Assembly: GCA_951406725.2 (NCBI GenBank)
Contig: OX597840.1
Span: forward strand, 25,916,001-25,980,000
Direction of reading: 5' to 3'
Source: Octopus vulgaris
Lineage: Eukaryota
Length of the DNA stretch: 64,000 nt
Below, piece by piece: positions 63,687 through 64,000 of the stretch. A program made the translations under genes and the position numbers. The notes under the pieces were generated by a model. It saw only the letters and a list, made by a program, of their open reading frames with translations, was not told the origin of the DNA and did not search any database. Numbering within the stretch: position 1 is the first letter of the stretch; each line of letters starts with the position of its first letter.

Positions 63687-64000
63687 CGATACGATACGAT
63701 AGCGTCAGTAAGGTAAGATTAATGTTCTTCTTCTTGTTGTTAATGTTAATTCCTTTCTCCGTTAAGGGAGCGAGCTGGCAGAATCACAGAATCGGTAGCA
63801 CGCTGGACAAAGTGTTAACCGGTATTTCCATCCATCTTTCTGAGTTCAAATCCTGCTGAGGTCGACTTTGCCTTTCGTCCTTTTGGGGTCGATTAAATAA
63901 GTACCAGTTACGCACTGGAGTCGACGTAATCAACTTAATCCCTTTGTCTGTCCTTGTTTAGCCCCTTGTGGGTAGTAAAGAAATAGGTATTTCATCCATC

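Overview
AT-rich, microsatellite- and SINE-dense animal genomic DNA. The repeat families look cephalopod (Octopus-like), but that assignment is inference. Two spliced genes lie head-to-head. (1) The 5' part of an ARFGEF3/BIG3 (KIAA1244) orthologue on the minus strand: 24 coding exons from ATG 42822 down to 3847, all GT-AG and phase-consistent, 4190 nt (about 1396 codons), with a degenerate Sec7 region; the gene continues beyond the left edge. (2) A complete NDUFAB1 (mitochondrial acyl carrier protein) CDS on the plus strand: 4 exons, 50939-63686, 152 aa. Between them, three splice-compatible minus-strand segments (46473-44227) join into an unrecognised 70-aa ORF, either a small gene or an upstream ORF in an extended ARFGEF3 leader. 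Introns contain several tRNA-derived SINE families, RTE-LINE pieces, Helitrons, mariner/Tc1, hAT and piggyBac-like MITEs, and long simple repeats; most ORFs in the supplied track are artefacts of these. The most notable unexplained signal is a set of palindromic, Penelope-like repeats carrying minimal type I hammerhead-ribozyme folds, in which the tertiary 3-8 core pair co-varies between families (C3-G8, G3-C8, U3-A8); one of them sits behind a tRNA-like Pol III head. All structures and alignments were read by eye; no search or folding program was run.
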